64,000 bases of DNA from the NCBI RefSeq assembly GCF_009914755.1, contig NC_060935.1. One strand, written 5' to 3'. This document shows positions 37,103 to 51,090 of this stretch, in pieces. The DNA comes from the human T2T-CHM13v2.0 reference genome, Homo sapiens. How positions within the stretch are numbered: position 1 is the first letter of the stretch; each line of letters begins with the position of its first letter. The notes under the pieces are model-generated. The model was not told the origin of the DNA and made no database searches. It worked only from the letters and a program-made list of their open reading frames with translations. The position numbers and the translations under genes were made by a program.

Positions 37103-38950
37103 GTTTATTTATTTTTTCTTTTTTAAAATTTCAATAGGCTTTTGGGGAACAGGTCGTGTTTGGTTACATGAATAAGTTCTTTAGTGGTGATTTCTGAGAT
37201 TTTGGTGCACCCGTCACGCGAGCAGTGTACACTGTACCCAATGTGTATAGTCTTTTATCCTTCACCACCCTCCCACCCTTTCCCCCGAGTCCCCAAGTCC
37301 ACTGTATCATTCTTATGCCTTTGCATCCTTATAGCTTAGCTCCCACTTATGAGTGAGAACATACGATGTTTGGTTTTCCATTCTTGAGTTACTTCATTTA
37401 GAATAATGGTCTCCAGTTCCATCCAGGTTGCTGTGAATGGCATTATTTCATCCCTTTTTACGGCTGAGTAGTATTCCATGGTAAATATATATATATATTT
37501 ATATATATTTATATATTTATATATATTTATATATTTATATATTTATATATTTATATATTTATATATATTTATATATTTATATATATTTATATAGTTATAT
37601 ATTTATATATTTATTTTTTAATATATTTTTATATGTATTTTATATATAAATATATATTTATAAATATATGTATTTTATATATAAATATATATTTATAAAT
37701 ATATGTATTTTATATATAAATATATATTTATAAATATATATAATTTATATATAATCATTATATTAATATTATTAATATATTAATAATAGAAATATATAAA
37801 TATATATATTTATATATATTTATATATATTTTTATATATGTATATTTATATATTTATATATATTTTTATATATGTATATTTATATATTTATATATATTTA
37901 TATATATTTATAAATATTTATATATATTTATATATATAATAAATATATATAAATATATATACATATATATCAAATAAATATATATATTTATAAATATATA
38001 TGTATATATATTTATATATTTATATATACATATATATTTATATATATTTTATATATTTATATATATTTATATATTTATAAATTTATATATATTTATATAT
38101 TTATATATTTATATATATTTATATATTTATATATTTATATATTTATATATATTTATATATTTATATATTTATATATATATTTATATATTTATTTATATAT
38201 TTATATATTTTTTATATATTTATATATAATTTATATATATTTATATATTTATATATATTTATATATATTTTTTTATATATACCACAATTTCTTTATCTAC
38301 TTGTTGATTGATGGGCATTTGGACTAGTTCCACATTTTTGCAATTGCGAATTGTGCGGCTATAAACATGCGTGTGCAAATATCTTTTTTGTATAATGACT
38401 TATTTTCCTCTGGGTAGAAACCCACTAGCAGGATTATTAGATCAAATGGTAGTTCTACTTTTAGTTCTTTAAGGAATCTCCACACCTTTTTCCATAGTGG
38501 TTGTACTAGTTTACATTCCCACTAGCAGTGTAAAAAAATTGTTCCCTTTTGACTGCATCCCCGCCAACATCTATTATTTTTTTATATTTTTGATTATGGC
38601 CATTCTTGCAGGAGTAAGGTGGTATGGTATTGTGGTTTCAATTTGCATTTCCCTGATCATTAGTGATGTTGAGCATTTTTTCATATGTTTGTTGGCCATT
38701 TGTATATCTTCTTTTGAGAATTGTCTATCCATGTTCTTAGCCCATTTTTGATGGGATTATTTGTTTTTTGTTTTTTGTTTTTTCTTGCTAATTTGTTTGA
38801 GTTCCTTGTAGATTCTGGACATTAGCCCTTTTTCAGATGTTTAGATTGTGAAGATTTTCTCCCACTCTGTGGGTTGTCTGTTTACTCTGCTGATTGTTTC
38901 TTTTGCTATGCAGAAGCTTTTTAGTTAATTGAGTCCCATCTATTTATCTT
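37103..38950 (-). mobile_element. L1PB-type 5'-truncated LINE-1
   Basis: ttttggggaacagg...tacatgaataagttctttagtggtgatttctgagattttggtgcaccc; ORF2 3' part at 38282-38950. Confidence 0.88.
37482..38281. repeat. ~800-bp AT-rich (TA/TTTA) expansion
   Basis: Almost entirely A/T; includes three perfect 35-bp units at 37631-37735. Confidence 0.95.
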
Positions 38951-39275
38951 TGAAATTAGAGAGTTTTAGATCTAGATAGGGCTCACCTTACTCCTTCCCC
39001 CTTTCCCCTTTACAGATGAAAAGTTGAGCCCAGGGAGGTTAAACAACTTGCCTACAGGAGTAACTCATGTCGGTACCTGGCTTCAGGACCAGTAATTAGA
39101 TCTCTGGATCCTCAGTATGGATCCCCAATTTTCCCCTGTTTCTTCTATTCAGCTCAGAGGGCAGTGCTAATCCCAGGTTACAGTACTTGGCGCTCAGCTA
39201 AACAGTGGGGCTTAGACATCCCTGGCCCTCCTCAGATACCAGGATACCAGTTTTATGAAGAACAAACCCTGATAC

Positions 39276-39793
39276 CAGTGTTCTCAACCTCAGCACTATT
39301 GACTTTTGGACAGAGAGGACAGAGAGAGGGAATATGGTGTGAGATGAACTGGAGGGGTGGACAGCCATATTGGGCACAGTCCTGTGGGTCACATAGATTT
39401 CTGCCTTGTCGTGGAAGTGACAGGAAGCCCTTGGCCCACTTGACTGAGAAGGATGGTGTAAAAATATTTGGTTTTGTTTGTTTGTTCTTACAGACAGAGT
39501 CTTGCTCTGTCTCCCAGACTGGAGTGCAGTGGCACAATCATAGCCCACTGCAACCTCAAACTCACATAGCTCTTTGTTGTGGGTGACTGTCACCCACATT
39601 GTAGGATGTTTAGCAGCATCTCTGTCTTGCACGTCATATGTTCGGCAGCATCCTTGCCACTAGATGCCACTGGCATCTTCTCCTTCTCTGCACATCTATA
39701 GTGGTGACATTTAAAAACATCTCCACACATTGCCAAGTGTCTCCAGAGGAGTGGGTGTGGAGGGACAAAATTGCCCCTGCTTGAGAACCAATG
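39276..39793 (-). mobile_element. MER20 split by a composite L2+Alu insert (39313-39566)
   Basis: ttctcaacctcagcactattgac..ttgga | tagctctttgttgtggg...ttgagaaccaatg. Confidence 0.8.
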
Positions 39794-40022
39794 TCTTATA
39801 TTGATGAGCTCCAGCATCACATGAGTCAAAGAAAACCAGAAAATTGAAAAGGGTAAAGCTCCTATCATTCATTTAGAATGAAATGATTACTATTTTCCTA
39901 ATAATCTTGAGAAAAGTGATTTGTTCATTCACTCATTCAACAAAAATATATTGTGTATGTACTATTGCCAGGTGCTGTCATAGTCTTTAGGGAGACAGGA
40001 ATGAACGGGTTGGATTCTAGAG

Positions 40023-40358
40023 CAGCAGTCCCCAACTTTTTTGGCACCAGGGACTAGTTTTGTGGAAACAATTTTTCCACGGAGGGTTAGGAAGAGATGG
40101 TTTTGGGATGAAACTGTTCCACCTCAGAACATCAGGCATTAGATTCTCATAAGGAGCACACAACCTATATCCCTCACATGTGCAGTTCACAATAGGGTTA
40201 GCGCTCCTATAAGAATTTAATGCTGCAGCTGATCTGACAGGAGGTGGAGCTCAGCTAGTAATGCTTGCTTGCCCACCACTCACCTCCTGCTCTGTGGCCC
40301 CATTCCTAACAGGCCACAGACTGGTACTGATCCGCTGCCTGGGGGTTGGGGACCCCTG
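40023..40358 (+). mobile_element. MER1B hAT-Charlie element
   Basis: cagcagtccccaac...gttggggacccctg terminal inverted repeats (TIRs); 8-bp TSD ttctagag/ctccagag. Confidence 0.9.
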
Positions 40359-40544
40359 CTCCAGAGGGTTTATAATCAAGCTCAGTGGCTGTGAAAATGA
40401 GAGACCATTTCTAGGACTTCAAGAGTCCATGGAGAAAGGGAAAAAGGAGAGAAGCCAGAGGAGACAAAGAATCAATAGTCAGAAGTGGCTAGAAAGCCAG
40501 GAGAGTACACCGTGACAGAAGTCAACCTAGGCATTGGGCGGCTG

Positions 40545-40790
40545 AGACAGACTTCATTGTCAGGAGCACCTGTGTCTCAATTCTGGCTTACTATTACTTG
40601 GGCAAATTACTTCTTTAACCTCAGTTTCCTTGTCTGTAGGATGGAAATCATAACAGTAGTCACTTCCTGACTGTTTTGAAGACGAAACAAAAATAAGATA
40701 ATACATGTGAAGCTCTTAGCACAGAGAGAGCACAGACTGGGACCTGGTAAACATGGAACAAACCTATGGAAGCTGCTCTAGTTATCTTTC
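40545..40790 (+). mobile_element. MIR SINE
   Basis: cttgggcaaattact..aacctcagtttccttgtctgtaggatgg. Confidence 0.7.
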
Positions 40791-41967
40791 AGTTTATACT
40801 ATTTTATTGCTAGGAACAAAGTTGTGCTCCAGGCAAAGGCACGTCAACAGCCACCAAAGATTGGAATAAGCCTTTGGGGCAGTTATTTTAGCTTTAGCCA
40901 TCTGGCTGTCCCTTATCAATAATTTGTTGGTTGCATCTGCGGTGGGTTTTGAGATATCATAAAGTTTACTAAGCCTGTTATTTCCTATATGCACAGAAGC
41001 AGTGAGAGGAATGTGTTGCAGTCATAATGAAAGTAGAGGTCATTTTTTAAAATTGAAAGTGAGAAAATGTATTGCAATAGGACCATTCTATATTTATTTA
41101 AAAAAGAAAAGAAAGTGAGAAAACGCAGAATGCTACATGTGCCTTTGAAGTGAGACATTGGATGATGGGGATGATGATACATATTAAATACTTAGAAATG
41201 AGTTTGGCACATGGTGAGCACTTAAGCAACGTCTTCCTTTGTGATTGTGATTATTATGATGGTGCAGAACAAAGAGGGAATCATACGGTATGTGAAAAAT
41301 GTTGAGTTTACACACAAGACAGTTATTAGCCAGGGGCAAGGAAAAGTGAAGACTAAACTGGAAAAAATCTGGAATATGTGGCTAGAGCTCAGCATCAATT
41401 TCAGATGCCTTATGCAAATTCAGGAGATGGCTAGAGGTTGGAGAACGTAAAGGGGTAGCTGGGAGAAAATGCTGCTTGGAGATGATTGTTGTAAGCCATA
41501 GGCATTCCGTGAGGCTAAGTTCATTCATTAGAATCTGTTCCTCATTAAAATGAATCTCAGGTGATTGGGTCATGGAGCCCATACCTCTCAGATATTTCTA
41601 GAGACCGTCAGCAGAGGGAGGTCTCATCTGCCTCAACAGGTTTACGAATTGATCCACTTTAAGGAAGGATGTCCAAGACAGCAATGTTTTACGGTGGCAA
41701 AGAGAAACATAAACTTCAGAGCCTAAACTAACATTTCTATTTGGTGGATATGTGAGTGAAGATTGCAAACTTAATCTCTTCTTGTTCTCCTTGGATTTAC
41801 AAATATAGCATCAACAACAACTCACATTTACTGAGAATGCAATATGTGGCAGACAGTTCTAAGCATATTGCACTTTCACCAAGACTCTGTGAACTAGTTA
41901 GTGTTATGTGCCCATTTTATAGATTTAGAAGCGGAGGCACAACTTGCTTAAGGGACCCAGTTAGTGA

Positions 41968-42361
<394 letters not shown>

Positions 42362-42395
42362 TGAATTTACAAACAGCCTATTAACACCTGATCTT

Positions 42396-42694
42396 TGCTT
42401 TTTTTTTTCTTTTTGAGACAGGGTCTCACTTTGTTGCCCAAGATGAAGTGCAGTGGCACAAACAGCTCACTGCAGCCTTGACCTCCCAGGCTCAAATGAT
42501 CCTCCAGCCTCAGCCCTTCAAGTAGCTGGGACTACAGGCACATGCCACCATGCTCAGCTAATTTTTGTATTTTTTGTAGAGTCTAGGTTTCACCATGTTG
42601 CCTGGGCTGGTCTCGACCTCCTGAGCTCAATTGATCTGCCTGCCTCGGCCTCCTAAAATGCTGGAATTACAGGCATGAGCCACCATGCCCAGCC
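42396..42694 (-). mobile_element. AluJ
   Basis: Dimer; TSD aacacctgatct. Confidence 0.9.
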
Positions 42695-42934
42695 AACACC
42701 TGATCTATTTTTAAGTATCAAAGCTTCTGTATTATTATGATGGCTGTCACTAGTAGGGAAGCATGATCATTGACATCAAGGATAATTGTGACCAAGTAAA
42801 AGCCATTTGATTTAGCAACAAGCAGATCATTGGCCTCTGAGTGGGTGGTTTCTGTAAAGTACTGGGGTGGCAGCCAGACTGTGAGGCCTCAAGGGAGTTG
42901 AGGGAAGTGAGAAAAGGGAAGCCTCCAGGGTTTA

Positions 42935-45154
42935 CAGGCATACCTTGTTTTATTCTGCTTCGGTTTATTGCACTTCACAGATATTGTGCTTTTTACTGAT
43001 TGAATGTTGTGGCAACCCTCTGGCCAAGTCAATTGGCCCCATTTTTCCAACAGCGTGTGCTCACTTTATGTCTCTGTGTCACATTTTGGTAATTCTCACA
43101 ATATTGCCAACTTTTTCATTATTATTTTATCAGTTATGGTGATCTATCATCAGTGATCTTTGCTGTTACCATTGTAATTGTTTTGGGGCACCACACACTG
43201 TACCCGATAAGATGGCACACTTAATCCATAACTGTTATATGCATTCTGATTGCTCCATTAAGTGGTTGTTCCCCTGACTCTCCCTCTCCTGGGGCCTTGG
43301 TATTTCCTGAGACACAATATTATTGAAATTAGCCAATTAATAATGCCACAATGACCTCTAAGTGTTCAAGTGGAGGAAAGATCATGTCTCTCACTTTAAG
43401 TCAAAATCTAGAAGTGATTAAGTTTAGTGAGGAAGGCATGTTGAAAGCTGAGATGGGTCAAAAGCTAGACCTCTTGGGCCAAACAGCCAAGTTCTGAATG
43501 CAAAGGAAAAGTTCTTGAAATTAAAAGTGCTACTCCAGTGAACTCAATAATAATAAGAAGCAAAACAGCCTTATTATTGATATGGAGAAAATGTTAGTGG
43601 TTTGGATGGATGATCAAACCAGCCACAACATTCCCTTACGCCAAGGCATAATTCAGAGCAAAGCCCTAGCTCTCTTTAATCCTATGAAGCCTGAGCAAGG
43701 TGAGGAAGCTGCAGAAGAAAAGTTGGAAGCTACAGGAGGTTGGTTCATGAGGTTTAAGGAAAGAAACCTGTCTCCATTACATAAAAGTGCAAGGTGAAGC
43801 AGCATGGGCTGATGGATAAGCTGCAGTAAGTTATATGGAAGATCTAGCTAAGATCATTGATGAAGGTGGCTAAACAGATTTTCAATGTAGGCAAACAGCT
43901 TTCATTGGAAGAAGGTGCTATCTAGGACTTTCATTTTAGTAAGAAGTCAGTGGTTGTTTCCAAATCTTCAAAGGACAGGCTGACTCTCTTCTTAGGAGCC
44001 AATGCAGCTAGTGACTTTAAGTTGAAGTCAGTCCTCATTTACCTTTTTCAAAATCCTAGGGCCCTTAAGAATTATGCTAAATATACTCTGCCTGTGCTCT
44101 GTTAGGGAAACAAGAAGTCCAGATGACAGCACATCTGCTTACAGCATGTTTTACAGAACATTTTAAGCCCACTGTTGAGACTACTATTCAGAAAAAAAAA
44201 AGATGCCTTTAAAAACATTACTGCTCATTGACAATGCACCTAGTCACCCAGAAGTTGTGATAAAGATGTACAAGGAGATTAATGTTTTCTGCCTGCTAAC
44301 ACAACATCCGTTCTGCAGCCCAGGGATCAAGGAGTAATTTTGATTTTCAAGTCTTATTATTTAAGAAATACGTTTTGTAAGGCTAAAGCTGTCATAGATA
44401 GTGTCTCCTCTGATGGATCTGAACAAAGTCAGTTGAAAATCTTCTAGAAAGGATTAACCATTTCAAGTGCCATTAAGAACATTTGTGATTCATGGGAGGA
44501 AGTTGAAACCTCAGCATTAACAGGTGTTTAGAAGAAGTTGATTTCAACCCTAATGAGTGACAGTGGTTTCTTGAGATAGAACCTCCTCCTGATGAAGATG
44601 CTGTGAACATTGTCAAAATAACAACAAAGATTTAGAATATTACATAAATTTAGTTGATAAAGCAGTGGCAGGGTTTAAGAGGACTGACCCCAATTTTGAA
44701 AGAAATTCCACTGAGGGTAAAATGCTATCAGCTATCTCTTGTGAAAGGAAGAGTTTTTTGTGAATGGAAGAATCAATCAATGAGGCTAACTTCGTTGTTG
44801 TCTTATTTTAAGAAATTGCCACAGCCACCCTAACCTTCAGCACCCACCACCCTGACCAGTCAGTCAGAAGCCATCAACATTGAGGCAACACCCTCCACCA
44901 GCAAAAAAGATTACTACTCACTGAAGCCTCAGATGATCAACATTTTTTAGCCGTATTTTTAAATTAAAGTATGTACATTTTTTAGGCACAATGCTATTGC
45001 ACACACTTTTAATAGACTACGGTATAGTATAAGCATAACTTTTATATGCACCAGGGAACTCAAACATTTGTGTGACTCACTTTATTGTGATATTATTATT
45101 CACTTTATTGCTATGGTCTGGAACCAAACCTGCAATATCTCCAAGGTACGCCTG
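42935..45154 (+). mobile_element. Tigger1 (TcMar-Tigger), near full length
   Basis: TA|CAGGCATACCT ... AGGTACGCCTG|TA; 2220 bp; L2-like sequence on both sides. Confidence 0.92.
43350..44700 (+). pseudogene. Decayed Tigger1 (pogo/CENP-B-like) transposase
   Basis: ORF 43582-43797 [29 protein letters not shown]...[20 protein letters not shown] is the CENP-B-type HTH; LLLIDNAP-type motif near 44218-44242; many stops and frameshifts. Confidence 0.85.
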
Positions 45155-45554
45155 TATATAACTTCCAAGAATTTGGCAGTAACTGTCAGGAAAGAAATAG
45201 AATTACAACTACAAGGAGTAGCCAGCCATGTAGAGGTTTGTTTTTTCTTCTTCCCAAGGTGATAAATACACAATGGAAGTAAGAAAAAGGGCTGGCAAAG
45301 GGGAAGAGGATGAAGATACTGAAGAGGAAGGAAAGATACTTCATACATCTGGGAGGCGATAGTGCTCAGGGCACTGGTTAAGGGCTTTGGCACCTGGCTA
45401 GATTTGGAGATGTTTTGCATTTTACTTATTGACAATCCCTGATACATCAGTGCTTGGATTTTTAGTAATCAGTGGTTGGATTTTCAGTAACGTGGACCCA
45501 CACTGACTTGCAGGCTCATATTCTTGTGGTTGGATGGTCCTTTATCTAATGCTA

Positions 45555-45700
45555 GGAGAACTACATTTGAGTCCCAGTGCTGCCATTAAATAGCTGTGTG
45601 TGATTTTGGACAAATAAGTCACTTCATGTCGCTGAGCCTCAGTTTCCTCATCTGTAAGTGGCAGATTTGAACTAAAGATCCAGGGGTCCTTTGTACGTGA
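45555..45700 (+). mobile_element. MIR/MIR3
   Basis: gctgagcctcagtttcctcatctgtaa. Confidence 0.75.
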
Positions 45701-46245
45701 AGCGGTATTAACTTCTAATGAGAATAGAAGGATGTTCTGCCATTTTAGGTGAAAGATTAATCCTCTTATTGAAAGATTTTGTCTTAGCGTGGGAGAGAGG
45801 CCACAGTCACTTCCTTCGGTGTTGGAGAGAGAGGTGATTTGACCAGAATTGTAATAGAGTCCACATTATATTTATACAAGTGTATACTATTCTTTGAAAT
45901 GGATTAATTTGTTACTGGAGTCTAGGGCATTAATTTTAATTTTAATTTTTTTACATATTAATTATCATTTTATTCTGGTGTTTTGTTCTTTAGGAAGACA
46001 CAAATGTTTGTGATCAAATGCTGACAATCAATAATGATGCAAAGATGTCAGCAATTAGTGTAACACTTTCATTAAAACGTAGAAAATAACAGATAAGATA
46101 CAGACATGATGATTCCAGAGCAGATGCCATGAAGACACTAACAGTATGTCCCAAAGGAGCGGATCAACAGAGACAGAGACGGGATAAATCCAGACTGTTC
46201 TATAACAGAAACTATAGGGCATTGTTTTAAATACTTCAGAAGCCT

Positions 46246-46591
<346 letters not shown>

Positions 46592-47373
46592 TTATGTTCT
46601 TTATTAGCTAAATTCATGCCTGAATCTCAGGAGAATCATGAAATATTGCTACCTTGTGTCTAGTAGAATGACAATGACATACTGTTCTTCTCTGGACAAG
46701 TCTACCTATTATTAGTGGGATGGTTACCTCCCTAAGTGTTGAGTTCTCAGGAAGGAGGATCAAATGGGATATCTATGTGCTAACCATCAGTTGCTAACAG
46801 TATTTAATAAGCATAATTTTCTCTAACCACCAGAGTTATAAAATATAACTCAGCAAATGCTTAGAGTGCCTACTATGTATAAGGTACCAAACAGGAAAAT
46901 GGGGACGAGAGATGTCAGTTTTGCTGATCAAAGCCTGTCACCCAATAAAAACCCAAAACAGGAAACCATGACAAATATCTGACTATCTGGTGTGCAGCCA
47001 TTTGGAACACAAAGGGGTATGTGCACATGTAACATCGCACATGTAACACACACACCCACATGCATGCAAGCCATCAGCTCAAGGCGTATGTGTGTGCATG
47101 CATAAATGCATGTGTGTGTGTATGTTTAGGGTCAGTGTGGAATAATAGGCTGAATAAGAGGGTAAGGTTTTATGATATACACCCAGGGGGAAAATCTGTG
47201 TAAGTCATGCTTTTATCTTGTTAGGTATATGTTATTACTCAAGAACACTTACACCTGGTGATCCAGCAGCTCAAACACACATACATGCACACACTCCTAA
47301 CTTGATATCACCCTGGTGTACACTAATTGTCTTAAGCCACTCATTTGATTCAAGAAGCAAGTATAACTCTACA

Positions 47374-48048
47374 GCAGCAGTTCTCGACATGTGGTCAGAG
47401 ACCCCTGAAGTTGCCTGCAGGAACTGTGAAGTCACGCAGGGCCCCATGCTCAGAGCTCAGTTCAATGTTCTGCTGTGGCTGTCTTGAAATGCTTTATAAC
47501 TTTTGGACAAGAAACAGCACTTTCACTTTGCACTGGTCCCCACCTATGTAACTCATCTTAGTTGCTTGAGATCCTTTTAGGAGGTCCATGAGCTCAAAAC
47601 TATTTTAACAAGACTAACAACATTAATATATTATTTGCCTTTTCTACTCTGATTTTCACACAAGTATACAGTGGAGTTTTCCGGAGGTGACATGGCATTG
47701 GTATTGCAACAGACTAAGTGCACAGCAGATACGAGAATCCAGATCTCTTAGGCCAGATATTCAAGAGATTTGCAGAAATAAAAAACAAAGCCACTTTTCT
47801 TGCTATATATACCTTTTGCTTTTGGAAAATATAGCTATTTTTCATAAAAATACATTACTTATGTTAATTTGTAATGGCTTTTAAAATTATTTTTAAATCG
47901 ATTAATAAATAACCAAGGATTTTCTCAGTTTTAGTTTCTAATATGTTAAGTATCAACAGATATAACTTATAAAAACAAAAGACTTTAAGGCTCATAATAA
48001 TTTCTAAGACTTTAAAGGGTTACTGAGTTCAAAAAGTTTGAGTCACTG
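47374..48048 (+). mobile_element. Charlie4-like hAT element with a nested MER91-like insert (~47410-47560)
   Basis: cagcagttctcgacatgtggtc...ctcaaaactatttt...cagtggagttttcc...aaaagtttgagtcactg; clearly related to 54950-55439. Confidence 0.65.
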
Positions 48049-48329
48049 ATCTCTAGGTATTTACTGTTTCTACCAGAGGAAAGAAATCATTGTGGGAATG
48101 TGATCAAACGATAGTGTGTTTGCTTATACTTGTTCATTTATGTGGGCAAATCAATGTCTACTGAAAAAAATGAGGTAAAGAGACAACCTTTTTCATTACC
48201 CTTGGACTTCTGCAGAATTTTCCTAAGTGTGACCTAACACAAGTCACTTGTTTTTACTTGTTTTTCTCCTTTGTTTTAGAGCAGCAGGTTCTAGGTTATA
48301 TCTAACTCTTGTGGTTTTCTAAAATGGAA

Positions 48330-48960
48330 TGGCTGTTAAAGAGAGATCGCGAGCCTCTCTTCCCTCGAGGGGCTTGGGAGAGGTGATACAGACGATTCCA
48401 GCATGAGGCACAGTTGGATAAAGTGACCTCTGAGGGTCCTTTCAGTTTGGAGGATGCTAGTAGAGAGAGTCTTTTCCCTTACCAAGTTCAAAGTCGGGGG
48501 GTGCTGAAGTAATAACAAATGAGTACATAAAAGGCAAAAAAAAAAAAAAAAAGACATTCTGTCAGCACGGAAGCAGCAGGCAGTCACCAGAGACTCCTGC
48601 CTTCCATTGGCGAACCGGTCACCGGCTCCGTCCTGAAAACAGAACTTGCTCCGAGTGATGTAGGCAAGGGAGAATGCTTCTGATGGGAGGGCAGGGCAGG
48701 GTGGGTATGGGAATCGCATGCTCTCATTCTTATGACTCTGACTCACTGAAACGGATCCCTCCCTTCCCTTTTTGAGGACCCTATTCCTTCACTTTTAGCA
48801 CCAAAGTGCTGACGTGCCTTTTCCCCACTTGTCTTTAGAAAATCTATCTTGCAAGTGAATGCTAAGGTGCTGGGCTATTGACAGTTTCACACATCACCCT
48901 TGGCGGGGTGGGGGTGGGCGGACGGGGGCGGTGGTTGGTGGGAAACAATGACAAGGAGAA
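48330..48960. promoter_or_regulatory. Candidate distal enhancer
   Basis: Repeat-free and locally CpG-enriched; AP-1 TGACTCA 48739-48745, TGACGTG 48810-48816, CGGAAG ETS core near 48568, GC-box/G4 tract 48905-48928. Confidence 0.35.
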
Positions 48961-50504
48961 CCGGAGACAGTATCTTTACCCCAGGAACAAATCTCCAAAA
49001 AAGGACGTTTTAGACACTGGGCAAGCAGAATTGACATATTGGGGAAAGAATGTTTTTCTAGCACTTCTCACACCATGCCTGCTGTTTCTGTTTGAAAGCA
49101 TAATCAATTATGTCTGTCCTCCCTTCTTCTCTCCACCCATCTTTCCTTTCTCACTTCCACTTTTCCTCCTTCCTTCCATAAAAGGTCTTATGGATTCTCT
49201 GTTATAGCCCAGGAATTGCTTAGATATTGGGGATTCAAAGATAAATAATGTGCTGTCATTGATTTTATAATTTGTGAGTGGCGACAGACAGGTAAACTGA
49301 TCACTGTAACAAGAGGAGGCAAATGCTGCATGGGTGGGGGCTGGGGGGTGGTGTGTGTGCTGAGTGCTTGGGCAGCCTGCCTGGGATGGAGGAGCAGGGC
49401 AGCCCTTTGACCTGGCTCCTGCAGGGGAAGTGGGTATTTCTAAGGGGGAGAAAGAGAACAAGGTTCTCCAGGCCCAGAGACGTTAAGTCGTGCACCCAGG
49501 TTCACATGGCTATGTCACTGGACCAGGCCTGAGCCTGGTTTGTCTCTGCACCCTCGACCTGTGTGCAATAACTACTGCCTTTCCCAGACCACAGGCATCT
49601 CAGTGTGCCTGGGCATAGGATGAGGTGAGAGGGAAAGAGTGGCCGGGAATGAGGCTGTGGTCAAGATTCCACACACCATTCTTTGCATCATACCAGGAGA
49701 CAGAAAGAGAGGCAAATATTTATGGACCAGGAGAAAAGTAAGCCCAATTCTTTGCTGTTAACTTACATTCATGACACAAGTTATTTAAAATATATTCCTG
49801 GAGTGCTTTCGAAGTGTGAGGGCAGACATCACTCCTTGACCTCTGGGAGCTCATATCTTTCTTTCCAGATTAGCTGGGGACAGATTGACTGTACTAAGCA
49901 GAATTCACTGTTAATAGCTCAATGCCTTTTCTGCAGATGCTGTGGTTACAGCTCCTCACCGCTTCCTTAGAAGCTCTTTTGCCCCTTCTGATAATAAATG
50001 ACCTGACTCTTGTCTTTTCTTTTCCCCTTCCTCCTGACCCGCCTTTGAGAGATGAATCAACCCCCGGGCAGGTTTCCTGCAAGGAGTGGAGGAAGGGCCC
50101 CAGCTCCTAGACCAGCAGAAAAAGCAGGAGTTGACTGATTTCTGCTAAGCTCACTTGACAAAGAGATCTGGTCCCCTTTACCTACCAGTCTTTCTGTACC
50201 TGCCTGACACTGGCAAGGCACTTACTCTTCCAGAAACAGCTGGGCCAGAGGAAAATGGCCCACCCCTCCCACAAGAATGCCAAGAAGCAATCGGCTGTTA
50301 ATTTCCAGTAGGACGAACAGGAACCCTTTCAACCAGGAAATCTAAATTGAACAGTGATTAAGTCATTCAAGCTCCATGGCCCTGTTTAATTTCCAGGTCT
50401 ACAGATGGCTCTGCCTTCCTCTTAGAGACCATTTTTAGCCACTGGTCTTGGGAGGGTATTTCACTTTTAAATAAGGCACCTGCATGTTCTTGTCAGGCTG
50501 CACT

Positions 50505-51090
50505 CTGTGGTGGTTAAACCCACAGACTAGTGGGGGCAGAATGTCCAGGTGTGAATTTCAGCTCTGCCATTTGCTGTGTGACTTTGGGCAAGTTACTTAC
50601 CTCTCTGTGCTTCAGTTTCCTCATCTGTGAAATGGAAATAATAATAATTGCACTGGGCTCATAGTGTTGTTTCATGTTTTAGGAGAATTAATGAGTTGAC
50701 ACTTGTGATGTGCTGAGAGCTATGCATAGTAAACATTTTTGGGGGTTAAATTAATACACATATTTAACTATCCAACTGTGAATGGGACTTGCCTTTGTCC
50801 TTTCCTTCTCTCGTGAGGTCTGTCATTAGATAGAGGGAATGAATTTAGTAAAGAGGTTAAATGCAGAGATTTGGGGATCAAATTGCCTCAGTTCAAGTCC
50901 TGACTCCACCACTTAATTAGAGGTTAAGTCACCTCACCCCTCTGCTCTTCGGTGTCTTCATCTGTAAGGTAGGTTATAATTGCACCTATTTCTTAGGATG
51001 GTCATGGAGAATGAGCTTTGTAAAGTTCTTAGAATAGTGCCTGGTGCTTAGCTTAGTAAGTGCTCAGTAAATTTTACCTATTGCATTATT
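50505..51090 (+). mobile_element. Two MIR copies
   Basis: gctgtgtgactttgggcaagttactt..ctctctgtgcttcagtttcctcatctgt; second core at ~50920-50970. Confidence 0.8.
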
